DNA of 63,023 nt, the filler included, from Chiloscyllium plagiosum (lineage: Eukaryota): the NCBI RefSeq assembly GCF_004010195.1. It is 4 parts of one record of this genome, joined end to end, with 100 filler letters (N's around TTAATTAATTAA, not from the genome) between each part and the next. Parts side by side here need not be neighbours in the genome. Positions count along the whole stretch, not along the records: positions 37,645 to 55,238 come from NC_057716.1; 3 more parts are not named here. One strand, given 5' to 3'. The notes below the pieces were generated by a model. It searched no databases. It was given only the letters and a program-made list of their open reading frames with translations, and was not told the origin of the DNA. Positions 39,033 through 49,777 of this stretch are shown here, one piece after another; position 1 is the stretch's first letter, and every line of letters begins with the position of its first letter. The position numbers and the translations under genes are program-made.

Positions 39033-39694
39033 TAGTCATTGAAAATGCCAGTGAACACAGATTGGGTGGGAGTGTGGAGGCGGTGCAGAAGTTTATATAT
39101 AGTTCACGTAACAGAATTTCGTTAAATAACAGACATTGTCTGCCTTTCATGAAATCATTTCAAATTCACCGAAACCAACTTGTTCCTCGTGCATTCATGG
39201 CTTGCATGACACAGGGACATGTTGTAATATGAGAAAGAAAACCGGTTTACATTCAGACATCAAGTAAAATTCAATATATTAAGATATTGAATTCCCCAAA
39301 AACACCTTGACAGCAAAGATTTCAATTCGCTATTCTGATCACACAGGACCAATTCCAAAATTGCCTGATCTCTAGCTCAGTGATCAATATAATGTGGAAT
39401 GAAATCATCCCATACGTTGCCACAACTTACCTGTTCTTTTGCTGTGTCATTGTCACATTTTCAACAGGAGTCTAGATGGACCATGACCTTTGAACAATGT
39501 TATGCATTCTCTCAGACTGCTCTAACGTGGGTGACAACCTTTCAGAAGGCTGGTAAAGTGTTGATGGTGCTGGACATGACCTTGTGACATCACATCTGGA
39601 GTATTATACACAGATTTAAGCGCCTTGCTGAAGGAACTAACACAGAGATTATTCCCTCTACTGTTTCGTTTCTTTTTGCAATGAGCGTGCCTAT

Positions 39695-40030
39695 CATAGA
39701 ATCCAAACAGTGTGGAAGCAGGCCAGTTGACCAATCGAGTCCACACCGATCCTGCAAAGTCCATCCCATCCAAACTTCTGCACCGCCTCCACACTCCCAC
39801 CCAATCTCTGTTCACTGGCATTTTCAATGACTAATACATCTAGCCTGCACATTCCCGAATATATGGAAAGTTTAGCTTGGTCAGTCCACCTAAACTGCAC
39901 ATCTTGGGAGTGTGGGAGGATCTGGAGAACCCGATAGAAACTCACGAAGACACGGGGAGAATGTGCAAACAACACACATTGTACCGAGACTGAAATTGAA
40001 CTCGGATCTCTGGTGCTGTGAGGCACGATA
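39695..40030 (-). mobile_element. HE1-type SINE
   Basis: gacacggggagaatgtgcaaac and ctctggtgctgtgaggca are the reverse of the SINE core and head. Confidence 0.85.
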
Positions 40031-40399
40031 GATAACCTGGGTGACAACCTTCCAGATGTCTAGTTGAAGTACCCAAATGGGGAAACGGAAGTTACCTGCA
40101 CAACTCAATCCTCTAAATGTGACATAACAGCTAAGGGTTTCCATCAGTCCCCAAACCTACCATTGATCAACAGGAGGAGGACCATTGAGGTCTTGAGCGG
40201 CTGGGTCAGGAACATTAGCAGGAAATTCAAACCATGGAGACTATAATGTTGGAGCAGCAGGAGGACATTCGCCCCACTGAGCGTGTGAACCAGGAACAGA
40301 ATGAGTCCATTCAGGCACTCATGCCTCTTACATAGCAATGGAAGCAGATTTTTAAGCCTCGTACCTGTTACACAGAAATTGAAATGAAACATAAAGGTT

Positions 40400-40765
40400 A
40401 TAGAAAGGGAAGGACTAAGAATAACCGACTTTACTGGGGAAAGAAAAGTCATGAACAAACGATAGGGATTGAAGGCAAATTATTATAATCTCTTATTAAT
40501 GCAATAATGGCAGGTGATTTCCAAAGTCAAACCACTATCCATCATAACCAACAGGATTTTATGAATCATAAGTCATGTTTGAAAGATTTGACTAGTATTT
40601 GTTATTTTTTAAAAATGGGACAGGCAAGGTGGATAAGGGGATGCGACAGATGTATTAATTCTTGACTTCCAGGCAGCATTGCATAATGTGCAACAGATAA
40701 TATTAGTATGGAAGACAAGAGTGCATCAAGTTAAGAAAATCTTATTTGCATGGAGAGGGGCCAAC
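40400..40765 (+). mobile_element. Decayed CR1 RT fragment
   Basis: cttgacttccaggcagcattgcataatgtg (LDFQ-AF-KV-like). Confidence 0.6.
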
Positions 40766-40784
40766 CAGTAAAAGCCATGATATG

Positions 40785-41200
40785 GAAGTACTGGACTTTG
40801 ACTGAGCTGGACAAGGTCAAATATTACATTACACCAGGTTAGAGTACAACAGGTTTATATGAAAACACTAGCTTACTGTATATGAGTCAGAAGTGTGTGT
40901 GTGTGTCTGTGTATGTGTGTGTGTGTGTCTGTGTTTGAGAGAGAGAGGTAAGGAAGTGAGAGTGCGTCCTTGTGAGAGAGCGGGAGTGTGTATGTCCGTT
41001 GGTGTATGTAAGGCAGAGAGTGAGAATGTGCGTGTCCACGTTAAGAAACAGACAGATGCGGCAGATTCCTTTCCCCACATACACTCACTCTGCCGTATTG
41101 CCTCAAACTTTCTGTATTTTGGTATTCTTTTCATATGTATATAGATGCTTTGTAAATTTTTGAGAAAGTTCCTAATAAAATTATTGAGTAAAAATAGTAT
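40785..41200. mobile_element. Second-family Penelope-type remnant with (GT)n/(GA)n tract
   Basis: acaccaggttagagtacaacaggtttatatgaaaacactagctt matches the arm at 26400-26450. Confidence 0.55.
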
Positions 41201-41668
41201 TTCATTCTTCAAGTTTCAAATAGCAGATAGGAGGATCCAGTTAAGTACATTCTGGAGATGTCAGTACTTTCAATTAGGAATGGTCAGGGTATGATGTCAG
41301 GAAGCAGCTCATGGCCAAAAGGAATCATCATAGCTTTGACTCGTCTGCTTCAGGTGTAGATGTTGGCCAGGGATGGGATGGACTGAGAGGATGGATATCG
41401 AGTTCGTAACCACAACAGAAGGCATTGACCTCCATGCTTTGAATATTTAAACAGCAAGGGCAGTGAAACAATGAATCATTGTTCATTGCTAAAACTGAGT
41501 ACGTCAATACACAAGGCTCAGTACGAGAAAGAAGGAGGAAGAGAAAGAGTTAACACGTTCACTGTTGTTGTTCGTAGTGGTTTGGAGAGTGGTTATTGAG
41601 AGAGAATAGTAAATGAGGCGAACAGTTATAGAGTCCCATGTGGTCAATGCAAACAATCTGAGATTTAT

Positions 41669-41985
41669 CAGGGGCACAAATATCGCCAGGATAGGATAAT
41701 AAAAATATTGAATAATTTAAAGTCCATATTGCATCCGCCATGGTAATGACTGCCAATAATTCGTAGGAAGAATCCTAACATGATTAGATAAATTCCTGTC
41801 CTTTGTTGGAACATTCCTGAGTCTATCGTTCTCAGATTCAGAACCATTGGTGGAGTATTCTATGTACTGTTCTAGATTCTGATCCATTGTTTAAACATTT
41901 CAGTCTAGTATTTTCAGATTCTGAACCATTGTGTAACATTCCAGTCTATTGTTCTCACATTCTGTTAGACTGTTCCAGTCTATGC
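41669..41985 (-). pseudogene. Dead first coding exon of a GPR139-like receptor with an N-terminal tandem repeat
   Basis: NVPTKDRNLSNHVRILPTNYWQSLPWRMQYGL*IIQYFYYPILAIF, a probable 1-nt deletion, and donor cctg|ATaaat; ~42-bp repeats upstream. Confidence 0.78.
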
Positions 41986-42239
41986 ATCTCAATTTCCGAT
42001 CTCTTCTCCACCTCTCTCTGGAACTGCTGATCCCTGTTAGTGCAGTCGGTGTTGCTCCTGCTCATACTCTGGGACAACCTATTGAACCCATTTCTCATTA
42101 AAAGATAAAGACCCTCCACTAAGACAATTAGATTCCATGGAGAATGACAGTATTCATATCCACAGAATAAACAGTTGTAGTTAACACCTTCCTGACATCA
42201 CTTTTCATATCACAATAAAAGGGAAAATTTAATTGCTCT

Positions 42240-42800
42240 GTGTGGAATAGATGAGGATTGCTGACGGATGGACCATAAATCTTTCAGTCTTTTCAATTTC
42301 TCTTCCTTTTAATTGGGAGTAGTGCCAGAAGTCTGCAGGAGTATCTCGATGTCCCACCCTGTTTATAAAAAGAGACAGGAATAAAATAACAGACCAGATC
42401 CATAAAATGACTAATAGGGATATTTCTAGGGACCCTAATGCAGGGTAACAATATTTTTTGTTCGCTGATTTTGTATAATACTGCTCGTAGTTTTAAATGC
42501 CCTGTTAACAAGCCATTTCACAACCTTGAAACATCATTCAGAGTTTTGAGACTGTTGATCGGGAACAGGGAGAAATAATTTTAACCCCATGTGCCATTTA
42601 CAGAGGGATAAGAGTAGGCCATTCAGCCCCATACTAGCCATTCGCCACTTGAAGCGGTGGACAGCCGCAATGATGGTACATTTTCCCAAGGGAATCATTG
42701 GAAACGTAGAGAAGTGTCACTGCAACTATATGAGGTGTTGCTGATAGGACGCCTGGTGCACATTGTATTGGTTGGGTTTCTGTAACTGAGAAGAGAGAGA
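42240..42800 (+). mobile_element. Decayed CR1 fragments
   Basis: ccaccctgtttataaaaagagacagg...aacagacca (PLFKKG...NYRP-like); ctgcaactatatgaggtgttgctg. Confidence 0.55.
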
Positions 42801-42859
42801 CACCCATAAGATTCAGTTTACCAGTTGCTCATAATGCCGGGTTTGCTGCATCATTTAAC

Positions 42860-43271
42860 GCCCTGTTCTGTTACAGAGGAACTGGAGGAGTCCAGTCAAC
42901 CTCTCGAGGCTGTTACACCTCTCAGGAGGACGTACACCCTCTCTGTTACAGAGGGACATGGGAGATCTGATTGTGACTACCTCATTTCATTTTACAGAGA
43001 ATCTCTCCCCGGAGTCCCTGCTCCTTTTTTTTGGACATGTTGAGGACCCAGATGCTGTAACTACAGAAGGGCATTCAACCTCTCATGTCTGTTATCGAGG
43101 CACAGGTAGAGGCAATTCAGCATCTCAGGCCTGTTACAGGGGGCCAGGAAGAGGCCATTTATCCTCTCAAAGCTGTTACAGAGGGACATGGCTGTACTGA
43201 TTGTGAATACCACATTCCATTTTACAGAGAATCGACTGTATACAGCCCCTTCTCCTTTTTTGGAGATGATG
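42860..43271. repeat. ~230-bp direct duplication built from ~41-bp units
   Basis: tgttacagagggacatgg...ctgattgtga.tacc.catt.cattttacagagaatc at 42944 and 43174. Confidence 0.75.
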
Positions 43272-43986
43272 TGGCAAACCCTTCTGAAAAGTAAATCAAA
43301 CACACAGAAAAGCTCACCTCGCCTCGAAATCTGTTCATGGTATAATGATAAAAAGCTGCCCCAATATCAATATTTAAAGTAAAAAATATTGATTTTATTC
43401 TTTACCTCTAAAAGTGTAGAGTAAACAACAACTATGTACAACTACAAGCATCCTTTGTCTTACATATTTATCTATCACCCTCTCCAGAACAATAGACTGA
43501 TCCCAGTAGCACCGATTAAATTTACAACAACTCGATTTTCACAACGAGGCAGCAAACTCAATCCTGCTCTATAGACCTTCCGAGCTAATCTTTGGTCTTC
43601 TGTTGAACAGATTTTTTTTGAGAAAATAACAGGTAACTTTGAGCGAGAATAACAGTTGTTCGATGGCAAATCGTGCTCTTTTTTTTTTGGCTATCTGCCT
43701 AAAATGCTGTATTTATACCCCAAAACATCAGATCGTCTCATATGACTGCTTTGTCAAAACAGTAAAATACAAATTTGATTGGGTTTTAGTTTCTTGGGGC
43801 ATAATTTAAAATGATTGGTTGATTTTGAACTGCTGTAAAATCAACGAAGTAACTCATATGACAACTCAAATGTTACATCTTCAAATTTCTCTGTTGAGCC
43901 AGCGGTCAGTCACATGACAGGTGCTTGCCAGTTTTTCATTTTGCAATCTCTCTTAACGGTATAGTACACATCATCAATTTCAAAAC
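43270..43986. mobile_element. Probable solo LTR
   Basis: ~715-bp non-coding block starting TGTGGC and ending in a ctctcttaa...gtacac...tttcaaaac motif like the end at 18425-18475; TSD not clear. Confidence 0.35.
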
Positions 43987-44529
43987 GTCATGACCCATCC
44001 AGAGTGGGTCACTAAATTCTCTAAACTTACTGAATGTCCACAGCAGTTTAATACATAACTTCTAGGAATTCATCCCAGCATTTCTTGTATCATTTTTCAA
44101 TATCATAATTAAAATAAATACCTCTCAATTTCAAGTAATAATCCTGGACTGAATCGCTAACCGATGAGGAGATTCCTCATCTTACTGAGCACATGATCAG
44201 CAGACAGTGACTATCACAGTCTTTCAATGGATAGGCATAGAACAAGTTCCAAATATGTCCCTCAGCGTTGCTGAAATCCCACTGTCCAACATGAAGAACG
44301 GTGCAGGTCACCGGCAGGTCAAAAAAACACAACAATGATTAATAAAACATGTTCCTTAACTGCTTAATGGTGGAAACTGATATTCCAGTATGAGCAAGAC
44401 TAAAGATTATGCGGTACAGTTACTCACATTAAAACTGGACAATTAAAACTGAGTGATTGTTTAATTACCAGTAAATGGGAGGGTTTGGAAAGTAGCCAGA
44501 GAGAGACAGAATGAGAGACAATGTTGTGG

Positions 44530-45064
44530 TAGGATTCATCTAGTTCCATTTGCTAGTATTTAGCCCATGTCACTCTCAAAGTTTTTTTGTTAATATATGA
44601 ACGAATCCAGATATCGTTCAAATGTTGTAATTATACCCCTCCGTTATATTTTCTGGAAGCACATTCCACAAATGTGCAAGGCAATGTATGAAAAATAAAA
44701 GATTTTTAGTTCTCTTTTAAATGTGTCCCATCTCACCTTCGATCGTAGCTCTCTAGTTTTGGAGAAAAGACTTCGGCTATCCAATCTATCCATGCCCCTC
44801 ACGCCCCAGGGAATGTCGCTCCAACCTGTATAGCAGCTCCACCGAGATTATCTCCGAACTACATTCTTGTAAATACTTTCTGACGTTCTTTAAGTTTCAC
44901 AACATTTTTCTTATCGGAGGGAAAATAGAATTGTACGCAGCAACATGACCTCCCAACATGATGCTATTTTCAAAGAGCTGATCACAAAAGGCAAGCATGC
45001 AAAACGCCTTCTTCATCATTCTAAGTGCGACTACATTCTCAAGGAGCTATTAGCCTGCACTCCA
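44530..45064 (-). mobile_element. Older CR1 3' part
   Basis: aagcatgcaaaacgccttcttca reads KKAFCML on the minus strand. Confidence 0.8.
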
Positions 45065-45065
45065 A

Positions 45066-45406
45066 TAGGGCAAAGTCTTTTCCCTGGGTTTGGAGAGTCC
45101 AGAACTAGAGGGCATAGGTTTAGGGTGAGAGTGGAAAGATATAAAATAGACCTACAGGGCAACTTCTTTCACACAGAGAGTGGTACGTGCATGGAATGAG
45201 CTGCCAGAGAAATTGGTGTGGCTGGTACAATTGCAACATTTAAGAGGAACGTGGATGGGTATATGAATAGGAAGGGTTTGTAGGGATATGGGCCTTGTGC
45301 TGGCAGATGGGACGAGATCGGGTTGGGATATCTGGTCGGCATAGACGGGTTGGACCGAAGAGTCTGTTTCCATGCTTTACATTTCTATGTCTCTATGACT
45401 CTATGA
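45066..45406 (+). mobile_element. Young 5'-truncated CR1 3' end
   Basis: QSLFPGFGESRTRGHRFRVR; tail ctctatgactctatga. Confidence 0.93.
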
Positions 45407-46211
45407 TTGTTTCTGGTAAATTTCAGTGGTAATTTATACAGAGGAATTTGATGAAAGATCAGCAATCAGAATTTAAACATTGGTCAATATTGGATGAGAT
45501 TTTTCCCTCCTTCCCAGTTGGCATACATGGTACGGTCAGTTGGTTGACTGCATGGTGCATTATTCATCCACGAGATGCACCAGGCCCGACAAGACGCCTG
45601 GGTATTTCCTTCTCATCGTGTGCTGGTGGATGTAGGCGAGAGGCAATTCCAACTCCCTGTCTGGCCTGGAACCTGCGTTCTCCTCTAAATAATTAACCAT
45701 TCACCTTCACTATGTATCCCCTGTTAGCATGACCTCCTCCTGTCCAGACACCTGCTCTCTATACCTATAATCCCTTCCTACCTCCTTTAACTACTTTAGC
45801 CTCGACACTGTCATCTTTGTTAATTTTACTATCCCGGAAACGCATCCTTATCTCTGTTATATCCTGCTATTCTTGCACCCCCTCCCTTTCGCTGTAATCT
45901 TCTCTGTGCCTACAACTTCACCATCTCTATAATGTCCTCCATCTCCTAAATCCATCCCTCTCTCATTCACCTCCTGCACTTCCTGCATACCTTTCTTTCT
46001 CTGGAATTTCCTCTTTTCCATACACCCACTCTCTATGTCTGCCAACTCCATGAATGCTCCGAGATTGGGCCTAACCTCTGATTCTGGACTGCTGGACAAT
46101 TCCTTGGTTCCCTTCACTCTCCCCTGCAGTTGTGAGTATTGAAGTTGGGTCGTATTAAATCAGAAAAAGACTCACTCCCTGTCTCTTGCCTCCTTAGAAA
46201 CTTGAACTTCT

Positions 46212-46382
46212 AGAACATAGAACGTAGAAAAGTACAGCATAGAACAGGCCCTTCGGCTCACGATGTTCTGCCGAGATTTAATCCTCATGTCAAATATTGT
46301 AACTTAACTTACACAACCGTCAACTCACTGCTCTCCATGTGCATGTCCAGCAATCGCTTAAATGTCCCCAGTGACTCTGCTA
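46212..46382 (-). mobile_element. Short CR1 3' end
   Basis: tagaacatagaac...gaacaggcccttcggc. Confidence 0.75.
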
Positions 46383-47130
46383 TCGTTGCTATTCTCTTCC
46401 TCATTCCTCATGGGACTCCAGTCGGTGGCAGAATCGCCCTCGAGGGTTTACTCATCTCTCTGAGGCTGAGGGACTGCACTCAGCCTTCTACCATCTCCTC
46501 CACGGCCCAAGACAAACTTGGATCACTCCTTACTGCAAAACCTAAAATCGTCTCAACTGTGTTGCTGAGGGAAACGCACACCGCAATGCCTGAAGTTTAT
46601 CGCCATTCCCCATTTACCCAAATGCCCAATTCCACCAACAACTGCTCCATTGACAAACTCACAGTCCGTTCTCATAGCCAAGTCCTGTGACCCATCCCTA
46701 TCATATTTCTATAACAAAGGCCTATAGCCCCATCCTCAATGCTTTCTGCAAGCAAAATCATATGACGCCATTCCCACTCTCTTCTCAAGCAACAGACGAT
46801 GACCCAATACCTCTCGGATCTCCTGGCAACACCCTGTGAACCCATCTTGTCTGTTCTGTTAGAAACGGCGTGTGAACCCATCTCCAAACTGTCATTCCAG
46901 GAATCGACTTTGCTCCATCGTCACTCTGCTGCTTTTGCAAATGCCTGTCACCCTATCCTCACTCCGTTCCCGAGCAATGGTGCCTAACCCCATTGGTAAT
47001 CTGTTCGCCTAACAACGGTATTTGAACACATGAGGAGAAAGTGAGGTCTGCAGATGCTGGAGATCAGAGCTGAAAATGTGTTGCTGGAAAAGCGCAGCAG
47101 GTCAGGCAGCATCCAGGGAACAGGAGAATC

Positions 47131-47158
47131 GACGTTTCGGGCATAAGCCCTTCTTCAG
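47131..47158 (-). ncRNA. Minimal type I hammerhead ribozyme core
   Basis: CUGAAGA-A-GGGC-UUAU-GCCC-GAAAC-GUC on the minus strand. Confidence 0.75.
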
Positions 47159-47181
47159 GAATGCCCGAAACGTCGATTTTC

Positions 47182-47209
47182 CTGAAGAAGGGCTTATGCC
47201 CGAAACGTC
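47182..47209 (+). ncRNA. Minimal type I hammerhead ribozyme core
   Basis: CTGAAGA 47182-47188, stem GGGC/GCCC, GAAA 47202-47205, GTC 47207-47209. Confidence 0.75.
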
Positions 47210-48607
47210 GATTCTCCTGTTCCCTGGATGCTGCCTGACCTGCTGCGCTTTTCCAGCAACACATGTTCAGCGCGTATTTGAACACATGCCCAAGCTTTTT
47301 TTCCCTTGAACCAGCTGTGACCCCTCATCATCTCCGTACCCCATTCCACTCTCCTCACAACAGCGTATGAAGTCATTCTCTCTCTGTTTCATTCGCAGTC
47401 ACCTGTGAACCCATCCCTGCACTGATCCCTGAGAACCGGCCTGTGGAATCATTTCCATTCTGTTCTCCGAGCAACGGCCTGTCTCTCCATTCGTACTCGG
47501 TTGTCCTAGCAACCATATGCAAACCCAACCCAAGCAACATCAGGTGACCACAACCAATCTGTTCTCGTGGCAATGAACTGCGAAACATTCTTGATCTGCT
47601 TCTCTAAAAACGGCCAATAACCCCATCCACTCTCTGTTCCTTACCAACAGCGCCAACCCCCTTCTTGCTCTGCACCCTTCAGCAACAGCGTGTGGCGCCA
47701 TCCATTACCGGACAAATAGTCTGTATGCTCACTCCACTCCCATCTCCCTCGTTTGCCTGTGAACCCATTCCCTATCTATTACGTATAAAAGGCCTGTAAC
47801 TTCATCCCGACTCCGATATCCTCGCAACGGCCTGTGAGGCCATCTTCAATCTGTTACCCTAGCAGCTAACTGTTATTCCATACACAGTCTGATACTTTCA
47901 TGAAAAGCTGTGACCCCATCCCGGCTTTGTTTACCTACCAGCTACTTATGACCACATCCCCACTCTGTTCAGCTAGCAATAATCTCTAATCAAATCGCTA
48001 CTCTGTTCCACTAGCAATCGCTTCTGAAACTCTGCCCAGTCTGCTTTCCTCCTAACGAACTTAAGTCATCCCCACTCTGTATTCTGAGCAAATGCATGTG
48101 ACACCATCATACTCTGTTTCACTGGCAACGGCCAGTGAACCCATTCTCACAACTCTCCGCCTCGCCACGGTCTGTGGATTCATGCACAATCTCTTCCCTA
48201 GCTCCTGGCTCTGAACCCATCCCCACTCTAGTCTCCTAGTAATGTAATCCCATTCTCACTCTGTTCCCTTAGCTACTGCTTGTTACCCCGTTGCGACTTT
48301 CGTCTCCAAGCAATGGACTGAAACCCCATCCTCACCCACTTCTCCCAGCAACGGCTCATTATCCAATAAGCAAATTATTCTGATAGCAAAGCCCTGTGAA
48401 CCCATACCGTTTGTATTGTCCGACCAATGCCCTGTGAAACCAATCAAAATCTGTCTTTCGTGGAACAGCCTGAATCTGCACACTAACTCTGTTCCCTGAG
48501 CAAGGTCCTCTTAGCCTGAGCACATTCTTATCGACGTTCAACGTTCTCTGAACACATTTTCAAACATTTTACCGCGCAACAGCCTTTGAACCGATTAATC
48601 GATACTC

Positions 48608-49777
48608 ACCACGAGGTGCTGGAGGACTGTATGTTGGCTAACGTGCTGTCACAGTTTAAGACATGGGGTGAGGACAAGCCAGGGAACGGGAGTCTGACGT
48701 TGGTGGTGGCCAAGTTGTTGCAGGGAACCTCTCGGACATAATGCGTTTGGAAAGGCAAGGACTGGTTAGGGATAGTCAACATGGCTTTAATCACTGGGAA
48801 TCATGTCTCATAAGATTGATTGAGTTTTTTGAAGAAGTAACAAAGATGATTGATGAGGACAGAGTGGCAGATGTGATATATATGCAGACTTCAGTAAGGG
48901 GTTCGACAAGGTTCCCCATGGGAGACTGTTAAGCAAGAAGATTTCGCTGAGAAGTAGCAGATGGAGTTTAATTTACCTAAATGTAACGTGCTGCATTTTG
49001 GGAAAGCAAACCTTAGCAGGATTCATATACTTTATGATAAGTTTCCAGGGAGTGTTGCTGAAAAAAAAGACTTTGGAGTTCAGGTTCATAACTCCTTGAA
49101 ATTGGAGTCGCAGGTAGATAGGATAATGAAGAAGGCGTTCGGTATGCTTTCCTTTATTGGTTAGAGTATTGAGTACATGACTTGGGAGATCATGTTGTGA
49201 CGATACAGAGCATTGGTTACGCGACAGGTGGAATATTTCAATTTTGGTCTCCTTATCAGAAAGATATTGAGAAACTTGAAAGGGTTCAGAAAATATTTAC
49301 AAGGATGTTGCCAGGGCCAGAGCATTTGAGCTATAGAGAGAGGTTGAATAGGCTATGGCTGTTTTCCGCGGAACTTCGAGGGCTGAGGGGTGTCCTTTTA
49401 GAGGTTTGAAATTCATGAGTGACATGGATAGAATAAATGGACAAAGTCGTTTCCCTTGGGGTTTCAGAGTCCAGAACAAGAAGGCATAGGTTTAGGTTGA
49501 GAGGAAAAGGATATTGAAGAGACCTAAGGGGCAACGTTTTCACTCAGACGGTGGTACATGCATGGAATGAGGTGCCGGAGGAGGTGGTGGAGGCTAGTAG
49601 AATTATAACATTTAAGAGGCATCTGCATGGGTATACGAATTGGAAGTGTTTGGTTGGATATGAGCCAAGTGTTGGCAGGTGGGATTAGATTGCGTTGGGA
49701 TATGTGGTCGGCATGGAGGGGTTGGACCGAAGGGTCTGTTTCCATGCTGTACATCTCTATGACTCCATGACTCTATG
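48608..49777 (+). mobile_element. CR1 LINE, 5'-truncated with an internal deletion of the RT core
   Basis: RDSQHGF...LIEFFEEVTK...DKVPHGRL jumps at ~48940 to QMEFN..KC; tail ctctatgactccatgactctatga. Confidence 0.93.

Larger units (their letters stand above)
47033..47273. mobile_element. Young Penelope-derived fold-back element with two intact hammerhead cores and a 15-bp TSD
   Basis: GTATTTGAACACATG at 47018-47032 and 47274-47288; 93-bp arms (47069-47161, 47179-47271) with one mismatch. Confidence 0.93.

Noticed and set aside
39415..39520. Strong minus-strand donor CAG|GTAAGT near 39430
   Set aside because: No recognisable reading frame or partner exon; such a site is expected by chance in 63 kb
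44530..45406. Single twin-primed inverted CR1 insertion
   Set aside because: The two parts cover overlapping 3' sequence and differ in apparent age, so two insertions are more likely
47064..47309. Twin ORFs MCCWKSAAGQAASREQENRRFGHKPFFR on both strands
   Set aside because: A by-product of the inverted repeat; the conserved signal is RNA structure, not protein
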